Origin: an uncultured Acidobacteriota bacterium
GTDB taxonomy: Bacteria > Acidobacteriota > Thermoanaerobaculia > UBA5066 > Gp7-AA6
Reading direction: 5' to 3'
DNA: 64,000 nucleotides
Assembly: GCA_963764715.1 (NCBI GenBank)
Contig: CAVXTP010000021.1
Location: 32,001-96,000, forward strand
Numbering within the stretch: position 1 is the stretch's first letter; every line of letters starts with the position of its first letter. Of this stretch, positions 18,189 through 27,868 are shown piece after piece. The notes under the pieces were generated by a model, which was given only the letters and a program-made list of their open reading frames with translations, searched no databases and was not told the origin of the DNA. The position numbers and the translations under genes are program-made.

Positions 18189-21124
18189 GGGAAGAAAGTC
18201 CGGACCAGAAACGTCGCCATCTGCTGCCTCAGGACGGTGTTGCCGGGGCAGTAGAGCAGCGGCGAGGCCGAGCAGCCTCCGGTGATGCCTCGGGTGTAGA
18301 GGTCCTCGATGAAGTCGGCCGCAAACGAGCCCACGGGCACGTCCCCGAAGATCCCCGTGGCCGGCGGGGGCGTGTAGCCCGAGCCTTCGCTCGTCTTCAG
18401 GAGGAAGACGGCCATCTGCGCGCGGGTGACGGACTGGGCGGGGCAGTAGATTCCGGTTCCGCAGCCGGAGGTGACGCCCTCGGAGGAGAGCTGCTCGATC
18501 CAGTCGGCGAAGGGCGACGGGCAGGGGACGTCGGAGAAGATGCCCGCGCAGGCGGGAGGCATGTAGGCGGAGCCGTGCTCGGCCTTGAGCAGGAAGGCGG
18601 CCATCTGGTCGCGGCGGACGGGCAAGGTCGGGCAGTAGTCGCCGCCGCCGCAGCCTCCGGTGATGCCGGCCGTGGCGATCGCGATGATGTCGTCGTGGAA
18701 GGGCGAGGAGTACCGGGACGTCGGCGAACTCGACCGAGAGGGTGGCGGCGTTGGAGGTGACCGGGTCCGCAGGAATCGGTGACGAGGACGTCGTAGGAGC
18801 CGGCGTCGGCGAAGGTGGCCGGGTCGATCGTCAGATTGCCGTCGTCGCGCCGGAGATCGGGCCGCCGTCGGACGAGCGGCACGCCGTCCTTGCGCCACTG
18901 GTACGTCAGTGGCCCGAAGCCCCCCGACAGCGCCGTCAGCTCCGCACCCGCGCCCACGATCACCGACGCGTTCGAGCACCCGCACGCCGAGCGCGCCGTT
19001 CATGAGCGTCGTGAGCGCGCCCGTGCTGCCCTCCGAATTGGTGAAGATGGCGTCGAGCTTGCCGTTGCCGTCGGCGTCACCCGCAAACGCCGCTTCCGGA
19101 GCGCCGACCGGGTACGCCAGCGGCGCTTCGAAGGTCCCGTCGCCGAGACCCCGCAGGAACAGGGCGTCTCCCGCCATGGCGAGAAGATCGAGGTTGCCGT
19201 CGCCGTCGAAATCGGCCGCGACCAGTTGACCGGCGCGGAACGCAAGCGGAGTGGAGGCCGCGAGGACGAGGGTTCCGTTCCCCTGGTTCTCGAACATCTG
19301 GAGCTCGGCGCCGTAGATGGACACCACGACGTCCTCGCGCTGCAGGTTTCGAAAGTCTCCCGCAGCGATGGCGAGCGGTCCGGGAGCCGTGTCGTATGTG
19401 ACCGGTCCGGCGAAGGTCCGGCCGGGCAGGCTGAGATACACGACGAGATCGTCCTGGAGCCGATCGATGACCGCGATGTCGGTGCGCCCGTCATCATTGA
19501 GATCGGCCGCGAACATGCCGCTGAACATCGCAGACGCCGGCGTCTCGACGGGGCCGTCGAAAGTCCCGTCCCCGCGCCCGAAGTAGACGACGATGGCGAC
19601 CCCGTTTCCGGAGTAGGAATCCTGGCGGGAGAAGGCGAAATCGGGCTTGCCGTCGGCGTCGAAGTCTCCGACGACGATGTACTCGGACCGCCCGTCGGTG
19701 ATCGGGAGCGAGACCGGCGGTTGGAACGATCCGTCGCCGTTTCCAAGACGGACATCGGCACCGTAGTAGTAGAGAGTGCTCGCGAGGTCGAGATGTCCAT
19801 CCCGGTTGAAGTCGGCCGTCGTCGATGAGTACGGGCCGGGAGGCTCCCCGACCGGGCCGGGCGTGAAGTAGCCGTGGCCCGACGCGAGGTAGGTCGCGAT
19901 CCCCGTTTGCGTTCCGACGACCACGTCCGTCCGCCCGTCCTCGTCGAAATCGCCCGCCGCGGGACCTGCGGGATAGTCCGCGATCGCCGTGAACGGGACG
20001 TCCTCGAATCGGCCGTTGCCATAGCCGCGGTAGACGCCCATGACTTCCTCGTAGACGGCGGCCGCGGCGACGTCGAGGACTCCGTCGTCGCCGAAATCGG
20101 CGAGCTCGACGCCCCCGAAGAGGAGGCTGATCAGGTAGTCGTCGCCGGGGCTCAGCGAGCCGTCGCCATCGCCGAGCAGAACGCGGAACGACGACAGGAC
20201 GTATCCGTTCGGGTACGAGGGGTTGAAGGCCACGACGTCGAGCACGCCGTCGCCGTCGAGGTCTCCGACGCGAACCGCCGAGGGCCGGCCTCCCGCCGGA
20301 TAGTCGCGGGCGGACTCGAACGTTCCGTCCCCGTTGCCGAGAAGAATTCCCACGTACTTGCCGGACGCCAGCACGACGTCGAGGTGGTCGTCCGCGTTTA
20401 TGTCGGCGAGGCGGATCGCCCCGAGCTCGATTCCCGCGACGGTGCTGAGGCCGGCTCCGAAGTGCCCGTCGCCCGTGCCGGGGAACACCGTCACGTCGTT
20501 CTGCGCGAAGATCGTCGCGACGATGTCCGGATGTCCGTCCTCGTCGACGTCCCCGATCGCGTAGGAGCTGACGTTCGCGTCGAGCGGGGTCTGAACCGGC
20601 GGCTGGAACGTCCCGTCGCCGTTCCCCAGGAGGACGTTCAACTGGCCGTCCGAGAAGCCGAAGCCCACGAGGTCGAGCTTGCCGTCGGAGTTGAGGTCGC
20701 CGGTCGCGAGCAGCCCGAGCGCCGGGCCGAGAAGCAGCGGCGCCTGGAAGGTGCCGTCGCCGACGCCCTTCATCAGGTAGAGCTCCGTGTACGAGTTCAG
20801 AACCACGTCCGGGTCGGTGTCGGCCGTGAATTGACCGACGATCGACTCGTAGGAGTAGTTCGGGAATGTCGTTGCGGTCGGCGGCCCGAACGTCCCGCCG
20901 GGCAACCCCCGTCGAACCTCGATCTTCTGGGGATAGTCCGTCGTCGTCGTCAGGTCCGCATAGCCGTCCGCATCGATGTCGGCCGCCGAGAACCCGACGA
21001 GCGAGCTCCCGATCGGATACGTCGAGCCGTCGATGAACGCGGGGTGGCAGGGGACACCCGCCTCGAGGGACGCCGCGGCGACCACGACGCCGACGAGGAT
21101 GGCGAACCCCAGGCGGTGAGTCAC
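18185..21124 (-). CDS. FG-GAP/VCBS repeat protein + Ig-like + triple Cys-rich SLH-like module (copy 1; Ig part scrambled by local indels)
   Basis: Signal peptide, many GDFxxDGxxD / GxGDGTF repeats; Ig motif LTYQWRKDG lies in a shifted frame at 18710-18975. Confidence 0.85.
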   Translation of the reverse strand: MTHRLGFAILVGVVVAAASLEAGVPCHPAFIDGSTYPIGSSLVGFSAADIDADGYADLTTTTDYPQKIEVRRGLPGGTFGPPTATTFPNYSYESIVGQFTADTDPDVVLNSYTELYLMKGVGDGTFQAPLLLGPALGLLATGDLNSDGKLDLVGFGFSDGQLNVLLGNGDGTFQPPVQTPLDANVSSYAIGDVDEDGHPDIVATIFAQNDVTVFPGTGDGHFGAGLSTVAGIELGAIRLADINADDHLDVVLASGKYVGILLGNGDGTFESARDYPAGGRPSAVRVGDLDGDGVLDVVAFNPSYPNGYVLSSFRVLLGDGDGSLSPGDDYLISLLFGGVELADFGDDGVLDVAAAAVYEEVMGVYRGYGNGRFEDVPFTAIADYPAGPAAGDFDEDGRTDVVVGTQTGIATYLASGHGYFTPGPVGEPPGPYSSTTADFNRDGHLDLASTLYYYGADVRLGNGDGSFQPPVSLPITDGRSEYIVVGDFDADGKPDFAFSRQDSYSGNGVAIVVYFGRGDGTFDGPVETPASAMFSGMFAADLNDDGRTDIAVIDRLQDDLVVYLSLPGRTFAGPVTYDTAPGPLAIAAGDFRNLQREDVVVSIYGAELQMFENQGNGTLVLAASTPLAFRAGQLVAADFDGDGNLDLLAMAGDALFLRGLGDGTFEAPLAYPVGAPEAAFAGDADGNGKLDAIFTNSEGSTGALTTLMNGALGVRVLERVGDRGRGCGADGAVGGLRATDVPVAQGRRAARPTAARSPARRRQSDDRPGHLRRRRLLRRPRHRFLRTRSPPTPPPSRSSSPTSRYSSPFHDDIIAIATAGITGGCGGGDYCPTLPVRRDQMAAFLLKAEHGSAYMPPACAGIFSDVPCPSPFADWIEQLSSEGVTSGCGTGIYCPAQSVTRAQMAVFLLKTSEGSGYTPPPATGIFGDVPVGSFAADFIEDLYTRGITGGCSASPLLYCPGNTVLRQQMATFLVRTFFP

Positions 21125-24090
21125 GGAAAGAACGTCCTGACGAGGAACGTCGCCATCTGCTGGCGGAGGACGGTGCTAGCGGGGCAGTAGAGCAGCGGCG
21201 CCGCCGAGCAGCCGCCGGTGATGCCGCGGGTGTAGAGGTCCTCGATGAAGTCGGCGCCGAAGGAGCCGATCGGCACGTCCCCGAAGATGCCGGTCGCCGG
21301 CGGGGGCGTGTAGCCCGAGCCTTCGCTCGTCTTCAAGAGGAAGACGGCCATCTGCGCGCGTGTGACGGACTGGGAGGGGCAGTAGACGCCGGTCCCGCAG
21401 CCGGAGGTGACGCCCTCGGCGGAAAGCTGCTCGATCCAGTCGGCGAAAGGCGACGGGCAGGGGACGTCGGTGAAGATCCCCGCGCAGGCGGGAGGCGTGT
21501 AGGCGGAGCCGTGCTCGGCCTTGAGCAGGAAGGCGGCCATCTGGTCCCGGCGGACGGGCAAGGTGGGGCAGTAGTCGGATCCGCCGCAGCCGCCGGTGAT
21601 GCCGTCGGTGGCGATGGCGATGATGTCGTCGTGGAAGGGCGAGGAGACGGGGACGTCGGCGAACTCGACTGCGAGGGTGGCGGCGTTGGAGGTGACGGGG
21701 CCGCAGGAGTCGGTGACCACGACGTCGTAGGAGTCGGCATCGGCGAAGGTGGCCGGGTCGATCGTGAGGATCGGTGTCGTCGCGCCGGAGATCGGGCCGC
21801 CGTCGGAGAGCGGGACCCCGTTGCGGCGCCACTGGTACGTCAGAGGCCCGAACCCGCCGGTCAGCGCCTGCAGCTCGCCCGCGCTCCCCACCACCACCGA
21901 CGCGTCCGGGACACGCGCCCCCAGCGCGCCGTTCATCAACGCCGCCAGAAATCCCTGGTAGGGATCGGAATCGGAGAAGACCGCGTCCGGGAATCCGTCG
22001 CCGTCGAAGTCGCCCGTGACGACCCACAGGGGTGAGCCGAGGAAGTATTCCCGGGGCGCGAGGAAGGCTCCGTTTCCGAGCCCGTAGAGGACCGTGGCGT
22101 TGGTCGACGCGTAGTTGGCCGTGATGAAGTCCACGTTCCCGTCGTCATCGAAATCGGCGGCCGCGATCTGGTTCGCGGACCAGCCGATTCCGATGAGCGT
22201 CGGTGCGCCGAAGGTCCCGTCGCCGGCGCCCGGGAAAAGGGCCAGTGTCCCGTTGGCGCCGGTCACGACGACGTCGAGGTGGCCGCTGTTTCTCACGTCG
22301 GCGGCGGCGAGCCCGGTCGTCCCGGCGGGCGTCGCGTAGCCGACCGGCGGCGCGAACGTTCCGTCACCCTGGCTGAGGAGGATGCCGAGATCGTCGCCCG
22401 GGTACTGGTAGATCACCGCGAGATCGGTCCGGCCGTCGCCCGAGAACTCGCCGGCGAGCAGCTGAAGGACCGGCAGCGTCGTGGCGGTGGAGATGCCCGC
22501 GTCGAATGTCCCGTCGCCGTGCCCGAGGAACGTCCAGACGGCGCTGCTGCCGGAGTTCTCGACCTCGCCGGCCGCGAGGTCCGCGTGGCCGTCGCCGTCG
22601 AAGTCCCCGGCGGCGAGCGACTGCCCCTGGGGGAAGTTGGGCGCATCGAGGTCGACGAACGTGGGGTCGGCGAACGTGCCGTCGCCGTGGCCGAGGAAGA
22701 CGGCGATTCGGTTCACGTACCGCATGAGCGCGGCGACATCGGCGTGGCCATCCCCGTCGAAGTCGGCCGTGACCAGGGACGCGATCGTGCTCAGGAAGTA
22801 TGGGTCCCCGGCGCTCGTGAAAGCGCCGCCGCCGCTTGCGAGAAAGACCTGAATCGAGCTGTCGAAGGCAACCAGGACGTCGGTGCGGCCGTCCTCGTCG
22901 AAGTCCGCGGCCGCGAGCCGCAGGGGCGTCTCGGTCGTCGGCGTCGTGATCACCGCCTGGAAGGTCCCGTCGCCGTTGCTGCGGAGGATCGAGACGAAAT
23001 GGTCGGCGTTGCTTCCGACGATCAGGTCGGCTTTGCCGTCGTTGCCGAAGTCCGCCGCCTCGAGACTGGTCGTGTAGACCGAGCCGAGGTAGGAGGGGCC
23101 GGAATCGAATGTGCCGTCGCCCCGGTTTCGCAACGTACGAATCGTGGTCGGCGCGTAGGAGTAGCCGCTCGCGGCGGCCACGTCGAGATCCCCGTCTCCG
23201 TCGAAGTCCCCCGCGGCCACGGCGGACGGGCTCGTGCCGGCCGGGTAGTCGTTGGCCGCTTCGAAGGTCCCGTCGCCGTTGCCCTTGAGGACGGCCACGA
23301 AGTTTCCCTGTGCGAGGAGAACGTCGAGGTCGCCTTCGCCCGTCAGATCGACGAGCCGGATCGCTCGCTGCTCGCCGCCCGCCGTCACGCTCGACGGCGG
23401 CGCGAAGCTGCCGTTGCCGAGGCTGAGGTAGATCTGAAGGAGAACGCCATCCCCGGTCGCGACGAGATCGGAGGAGCCGTCGCCGTCGAGGTCTCCGGCG
23501 GCGAGGTGGGTCGGGAACTCCTTCGGGAACGTCTGGACCGGCGCCTGAAAGGTTCCGTTTCCGTTTCCGAGGAGAACCACGAGCGCCGCGCTCGGAGGTC
23601 CCGTCGAAACGCCGGCGAGATCGAGCTTCCCATCGTCGTTGAAATCGCCGGCCGTGAGGGCGTCGATCGGCGAAGGGCTGATCGAAACGCCGGACTGAAA
23701 CGTGCCGTCGCCGTCTCCGGCGAAGAAATAGACCCCGGAGCTCGTACTCATCACGGCGTCGGGGTTCGAGTCGTTCGTGAAGTTCCCGACGACGGAGGAC
23801 TGGCTGTTCATCGCGAGGGTCGGGGTGGTGCGGTTGATCTGCGATCCGAAAGAACCGTCAGCCTGTCCGAGACGGACCGAGATGCCGAACGCGAAGTTGC
23901 CCGTGAAGTCGACGATGTCCGGGAATCCGTCCACGTTGACGTCGGCCGTGGAGAGGCTTTGCGTCGTCCCCGCGACGGCGACACGCGGGGCCGACACGAA
24001 GTCGGGCCGGCACGCGGAGCCGGCGGCCACGGGGCGGGACACCGTCATGCAAAGAATCGACGCGAGCACGCCGACGAAGAAGCGGTTCAT
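21121..24090 (-). CDS. FG-GAP/VCBS repeat protein + Ig-like + triple Cys-rich SLH-like module (copy 2)
   Basis: GGGAGGG RBS before the ATG at 24090; FG-GAP repeats; LTYQWRRNG..D.DSYDVVVTDSC; three SLH-like repeats; stop overlaps the start of copy 1. Confidence 0.9.
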   Translation of the reverse strand: MNRFFVGVLASILCMTVSRPVAAGSACRPDFVSAPRVAVAGTTQSLSTADVNVDGFPDIVDFTGNFAFGISVRLGQADGSFGSQINRTTPTLAMNSQSSVVGNFTNDSNPDAVMSTSSGVYFFAGDGDGTFQSGVSISPSPIDALTAGDFNDDGKLDLAGVSTGPPSAALVVLLGNGNGTFQAPVQTFPKEFPTHLAAGDLDGDGSSDLVATGDGVLLQIYLSLGNGSFAPPSSVTAGGEQRAIRLVDLTGEGDLDVLLAQGNFVAVLKGNGDGTFEAANDYPAGTSPSAVAAGDFDGDGDLDVAAASGYSYAPTTIRTLRNRGDGTFDSGPSYLGSVYTTSLEAADFGNDGKADLIVGSNADHFVSILRSNGDGTFQAVITTPTTETPLRLAAADFDEDGRTDVLVAFDSSIQVFLASGGGAFTSAGDPYFLSTIASLVTADFDGDGHADVAALMRYVNRIAVFLGHGDGTFADPTFVDLDAPNFPQGQSLAAGDFDGDGHADLAAGEVENSGSSAVWTFLGHGDGTFDAGISTATTLPVLQLLAGEFSGDGRTDLAVIYQYPGDDLGILLSQGDGTFAPPVGYATPAGTTGLAAADVRNSGHLDVVVTGANGTLALFPGAGDGTFGAPTLIGIGWSANQIAAADFDDDGNVDFITANYASTNATVLYGLGNGAFLAPREYFLGSPLWVVTGDFDGDGFPDAVFSDSDPYQGFLAALMNGALGARVPDASVVVGSAGELQALTGGFGPLTYQWRRNGVPLSDGGPISGATTPILTIDPATFADADSYDVVVTDSCGPVTSNAATLAVEFADVPVSSPFHDDIIAIATDGITGGCGGSDYCPTLPVRRDQMAAFLLKAEHGSAYTPPACAGIFTDVPCPSPFADWIEQLSAEGVTSGCGTGVYCPSQSVTRAQMAVFLLKTSEGSGYTPPPATGIFGDVPIGSFGADFIEDLYTRGITGGCSAAPLLYCPASTVLRQQMATFLVRTFFP

Positions 24091-24899
24091 CTGCCCTCCC
24101 ATCGGAGATGGTCCCGGTGGCTCAGAAAAACGTCCTGACCAAAAAGGTCGCCATCTGCTGGCGCAGGACGGTGTTGCCCGGGCAGTAGAGCAGCGGCGAT
24201 GCGGAGCAGCCTCCGGTGATGCCGCGAGTGTAGAGGTCCTCGATCCAGTCGGCGGCGAACGATCCCACCGGCACGTCCCCGAAGATCCCCGTGGCCGGCG
24301 GGGGCGTGTAGCCCGAGCCTTCGCTCGTCTTCAAGAGGAAGACGGCCATCTGCGCGCGTGTGACGGACTGGGAGGGGCAGTAGATCCCGGTCCCGCAGCC
24401 GGAGGTGACGCCCTCGGCGGAAAGCTGCTCGATCCAGTCGGCGAAGGGCGACGGGCAGGGGACGTCGGTGAAGATCCCCGCGCAGGCCGGAGGCGTGTAG
24501 GCGGAGCCGTGCTCGGCCTTGAGCAGGAAGGCGGCCATCTGGTCCCGGCGGACGGGCAAGGTGGGGCAGTAGTCGGATCCGCTGCAGCCGCCGGTGATGC
24601 CGTCGGTGGCGATGGCGATGATGTCGTCGTGGAAGGGCGAGGACACGGGGACGTCGGCGAACTCGACTGCGAGGGTGGCGGCGTTGGAGGTGACGGGGCC
24701 GCAGGAGTCGGTGACGACGACGTCGTAGGAGTCGGCATCGGCGAAGGTGGCCGGGTCGATCGTGAGGATCGGTGTCGTCGCGCCGGAGATCGGGCCGCCG
24801 TCGGAGAGCGGGACCCCGTTGCGGCGCCACTGGTACGTCAGAGGCCCGAACCCGCCGGTCAGCGCCTGCAGCTCGCCCGCGCTCCCCACCACCACCGAC
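21123..24899. repeat. About 780-bp near-identical direct repeat (21123..21900 vs 24123..24899); third, more diverged copy at 18188..18970
   Basis: Long identical stretches at an offset of about 2998 bp, covering the Ig and SLH-like modules only. Confidence 0.92.
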
Positions 24900-27046
24900 A
24901 CGTCGCGTACTCGCGCACCCAGCGCGCCGTTGAGCAGCGTGCCAAGCCCACCGCCGATGCGGACGTCGACGAGCGCGACGTCGGTGAATCCGTTCCCGTC
25001 GAAATCGCCCGAAGCCATCCCGCGGGTTCCCGAGACCAGGTAGGAGACGGGCGAGCGGAATGCGCCGCCTCCGACTCCATAGAGCACCACCTCGGGGCCG
25101 CCGCCTGCGGCGATGTCCTCGAAGCCGTCCTGATCGAAGTCGGCGACGGCGATGGCGTAAGGAGGTGCGCCGAGGCCGAGAATCTGCGCGGAGGCGAACG
25201 TACCGCCACCGACGGACGGGAGCAGGGCCAGGGTGGCGTCGTCCGTCCGGCCGACGAGGATGTCCGGGTGGCCGGTCTGATGAAAGTCTCCGAAGCCGAG
25301 GGACGTCGGGTACGGCCCGACTTCGTAGTCGGCCGGCGGGCCGAAAGTCCCGTCGGGGTTGGACAGAAAGACCGTCAGCGCTTCGGTCGGAGAGTTGAGC
25401 AGAACGGCCACGTCGGACCGGCCGTTGTTTCGAAGATCGGAAGTCCCGATGGCGAGTGCGAGGGTCGGCAGATCGAGGGTCGAAGAAAGCGCGAGCCCGT
25501 CCGGGGTGCCGAGGAGAATCGCCATCCGACCCTCGTCGCCATCTCGATAAGCGGCGGCGACGTCGCTGCGTCCATCGCCGTTGAAGTCCCCGGCGGCGAG
25601 GCCCGCAAAGTAGTGTCCCGTGGGAGAAAGCGGAATCTCCACGGGCGACTGGAACGTCGCGTCGCCGTTGCCCCGCGCCACGAAGAGCGAAGGCGTCTCG
25701 TCCACGAGGAACGCGAGGTCGAGATGACCGTCGCCGTCGAAGTCCCGCGAGACGATTCCGGACACGTGGGAGTAGGCCTCGGTCTGGGCCTCGGAGAACC
25801 GGCCTTCGCCGATGCTGCGCTCGACGACGAGCCCGGGCTCCTCGGAGATCGCGAGGTCGGTCCGGCCGTCCTCGTCGAAGTCTCCGGCCGCCGAGGCGTC
25901 GAAGGGATACAGACGCTCGGTGGGAGTGTAGGGGATCGCGTCGAAGCTGCCGTCGCCGCGTCCCCGCAGGACCGCAGCGCCGTAAGCGTCGTAATAGTGA
26001 GCGTAGCCCGTCAGCAGGTCGAGGATTCCGTCGAGGTCGAGGTCGGCGGATGCGAGAAGGTAGGACGACGGCGCGAGCACGTACCTCCGGTCCACGGCAA
26101 AGCGGGCGTCGCCCGGATTACGCAGCAGGATCGCGATGTTGTCGTTGAGACCCGCGATGTCGACGGTCCCATCGCCGTCGAAGTCGCCCGTCACCAACGA
26201 ATGCGCCCCTTCGGCGGGATACTCGACCGCGGCCTGAAACGTCGCGTCGCCGTTGTTGATCAGCACGCCGAGGAACGGGTAAACGGACAGGGCGATGTCG
26301 GGGTGTCCGTCCCCGGTGAAGTCGGCGACGACCGGGCTCGAAAGCGAGGTCCCGACGGGAATCTCCGTGGCGGGCCCGAACGTGCCGTCCCCCAGCCCGG
26401 GCAGCCACGCCAGAACGTTGTCTCCCGTCAGAACAGCGTCCAGGTCGCCGTCCTCGTTCAGATCGGCGAAGGCCATGCCGAAGAAGGGAACCTTGACCGT
26501 CGTCGATCGGACCGGCTGGAACGTCCCGTCCCCGTTGCCGAGGTAGACGAAGAGGATCGATCCCGCGCCGTACCGGATTCCCACCAGGTCCAGATGTGAA
26601 TCACCGTCGAGATCGACGGCCGTCAGCGTATTGAGAGCCGGGCCTACGATCGGCACGCCGGCCTGGAAGGTCCCGTCGCCGTTGCCCGCTTGATAGAAGA
26701 GCCCGCTCGACTGAGTCGCCACGACAACCGCCGGATAGGGGCTCGAGGAAAAGCGCCCGACGGCGGCGGCCACGGGATAGTCCTCGGCGGCGCTGAAGAT
26801 CTGCGGGCCGAAGACTCCCGCCGGCCCGGCGAGGCGCGCGGAGATCCCGGTCGACAGAGTGAAGAAGGTGGAAACGAGGTCGGGCAGGCCGTCGTCATTC
26901 ACGTCCTCCGCGGCGACCATCTGGGGAGCCTGGAGGGTCGGATAGTTCGTCGCCGCCACGAAGCCGGGGCGACAGGCGGCCAGTTCATCGGCCGGCAGGT
27001 CATGGGGCGGGATCGCGAAAAAAAGAGTCGCGAGCGTACGGAGCAC
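24122..27046 (-). CDS. FG-GAP/VCBS repeat protein + Ig-like + triple Cys-rich SLH-like module (copy 3); start approximate
   Basis: Same architecture starting at ACRPGF; the upstream part of the 1565-aa ORF is antisense to real + strand genes. Confidence 0.85.
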   Translation of the reverse strand: MLRTLATLFFAIPPHDLPADELAACRPGFVAATNYPTLQAPQMVAAEDVNDDGLPDLVSTFFTLSTGISARLAGPAGVFGPQIFSAAEDYPVAAAVGRFSSSPYPAVVVATQSSGLFYQAGNGDGTFQAGVPIVGPALNTLTAVDLDGDSHLDLVGIRYGAGSILFVYLGNGDGTFQPVRSTTVKVPFFGMAFADLNEDGDLDAVLTGDNVLAWLPGLGDGTFGPATEIPVGTSLSSPVVADFTGDGHPDIALSVYPFLGVLINNGDATFQAAVEYPAEGAHSLVTGDFDGDGTVDIAGLNDNIAILLRNPGDARFAVDRRYVLAPSSYLLASADLDLDGILDLLTGYAHYYDAYGAAVLRGRGDGSFDAIPYTPTERLYPFDASAAGDFDEDGRTDLAISEEPGLVVERSIGEGRFSEAQTEAYSHVSGIVSRDFDGDGHLDLAFLVDETPSLFVARGNGDATFQSPVEIPLSPTGHYFAGLAAGDFNGDGRSDVAAAYRDGDEGRMAILLGTPDGLALSSTLDLPTLALAIGTSDLRNNGRSDVAVLLNSPTEALTVFLSNPDGTFGPPADYEVGPYPTSLGFGDFHQTGHPDILVGRTDDATLALLPSVGGGTFASAQILGLGAPPYAIAVADFDQDGFEDIAAGGGPEVVLYGVGGGAFRSPVSYLVSGTRGMASGDFDGNGFTDVALVDVRIGGGLGTLLNGALGARVRDVSVVVGSAGELQALTGGFGPLTYQWRRNGVPLSDGGPISGATTPILTIDPATFADADSYDVVVTDSCGPVTSNAATLAVEFADVPVSSPFHDDIIAIATDGITGGCSGSDYCPTLPVRRDQMAAFLLKAEHGSAYTPPACAGIFTDVPCPSPFADWIEQLSAEGVTSGCGTGIYCPSQSVTRAQMAVFLLKTSEGSGYTPPPATGIFGDVPVGSFAADWIEDLYTRGITGGCSASPLLYCPGNTVLRQQMATFLVRTFF

Positions 27047-27211
27047 GACCCGCCCGCCCCCGCGCGTGCACAACTGCTGAGAAAGCAATCGCCCCCTGCA
27101 CTGGAACGTATTGACGGTTGGCTCCGCTGCAGGCAAGCGTATCACCGCGGCAGGTTCCGCCGAGGATCGGCGGCGGTTGCGTGCGCGACTCGGCTGGACG
27201 AGACTGGGCCG

Positions 27212-27865
27212 GTGTTTCTCGGCCACTTCGGCCTCTCGTTCGCCGGCAAGCGGCTCGCCCCGGCCGTTTCGCTCGGCACCCTCTTTCTCGCGACCCAGTG
27301 GGCCGATCTGCTCTTCTGGATCCTTTCGCTCGTCGGGATCGAGCACTTCCGCATCGCGCCGGGGGCGACGCGCGTGACGCCGATGGACTTCTACGACTAT
27401 CCCTGGAGCCACAGCCTCGCCGGTCTCGCGGGTTGGGGCGTGCTCCTGGGAGGCCTCTACTTCCTGTTTCGCAAGAGCCGAGCCGGCCTGTGGGTGCTCG
27501 CCGCGGGCGTCGCGAGCCACTGGGCGCTCGACGCGCTCGTTCATCGGCCGGACGTGCCGATCGGCTTCTCCGGTCCCTACGTCGGCCTGTCGATCTGGAA
27601 CTCCGTTGCGCTGACGGTCCTCGCCGAGGCGATCCTCTTCGGCGGAGGCGTCATTCTGTATCTGCGCACGACCTCGGCGAAGGATCGGACGGGCGTCTGG
27701 GCCTTCCGGGCGCTCGTGGCGTTTCTCGTCGTCACGTGGGTCGCGTCGATCGCGGGGCCGCCGCCGCCGTCCGAGCGGGCCGTCGAATACACCGGCCTCG
27801 CGATGTGGCTCTTCGTCCCGTGGGGCTGGTGGATCGACCGGCACCGCATTATCGTTCGCGCATGA
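27212..27865 (+). CDS. Membrane-bound metal-dependent hydrolase family protein
   Basis: GTG start, FLGH, WADLL, PWSHSL, SHWALDALVHRPD motifs, multiple TM segments. Confidence 0.85.
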   Translation: MFLGHFGLSFAGKRLAPAVSLGTLFLATQWADLLFWILSLVGIEHFRIAPGATRVTPMDFYDYPWSHSLAGLAGWGVLLGGLYFLFRKSRAGLWVLAAGVASHWALDALVHRPDVPIGFSGPYVGLSIWNSVALTVLAEAILFGGGVILYLRTTSAKDRTGVWAFRALVAFLVVTWVASIAGPPPPSERAVEYTGLAMWLFVPWGWWIDRHRIIVRA

Positions 27866-27868
27866 GAA

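Noticed and set aside
21123-24899. Diversity-generating retroelement TR/VR pair
   Set aside because: Both repeats are coding constant regions, differences do not appear adenine-specific, and no reverse transcriptase is in the window
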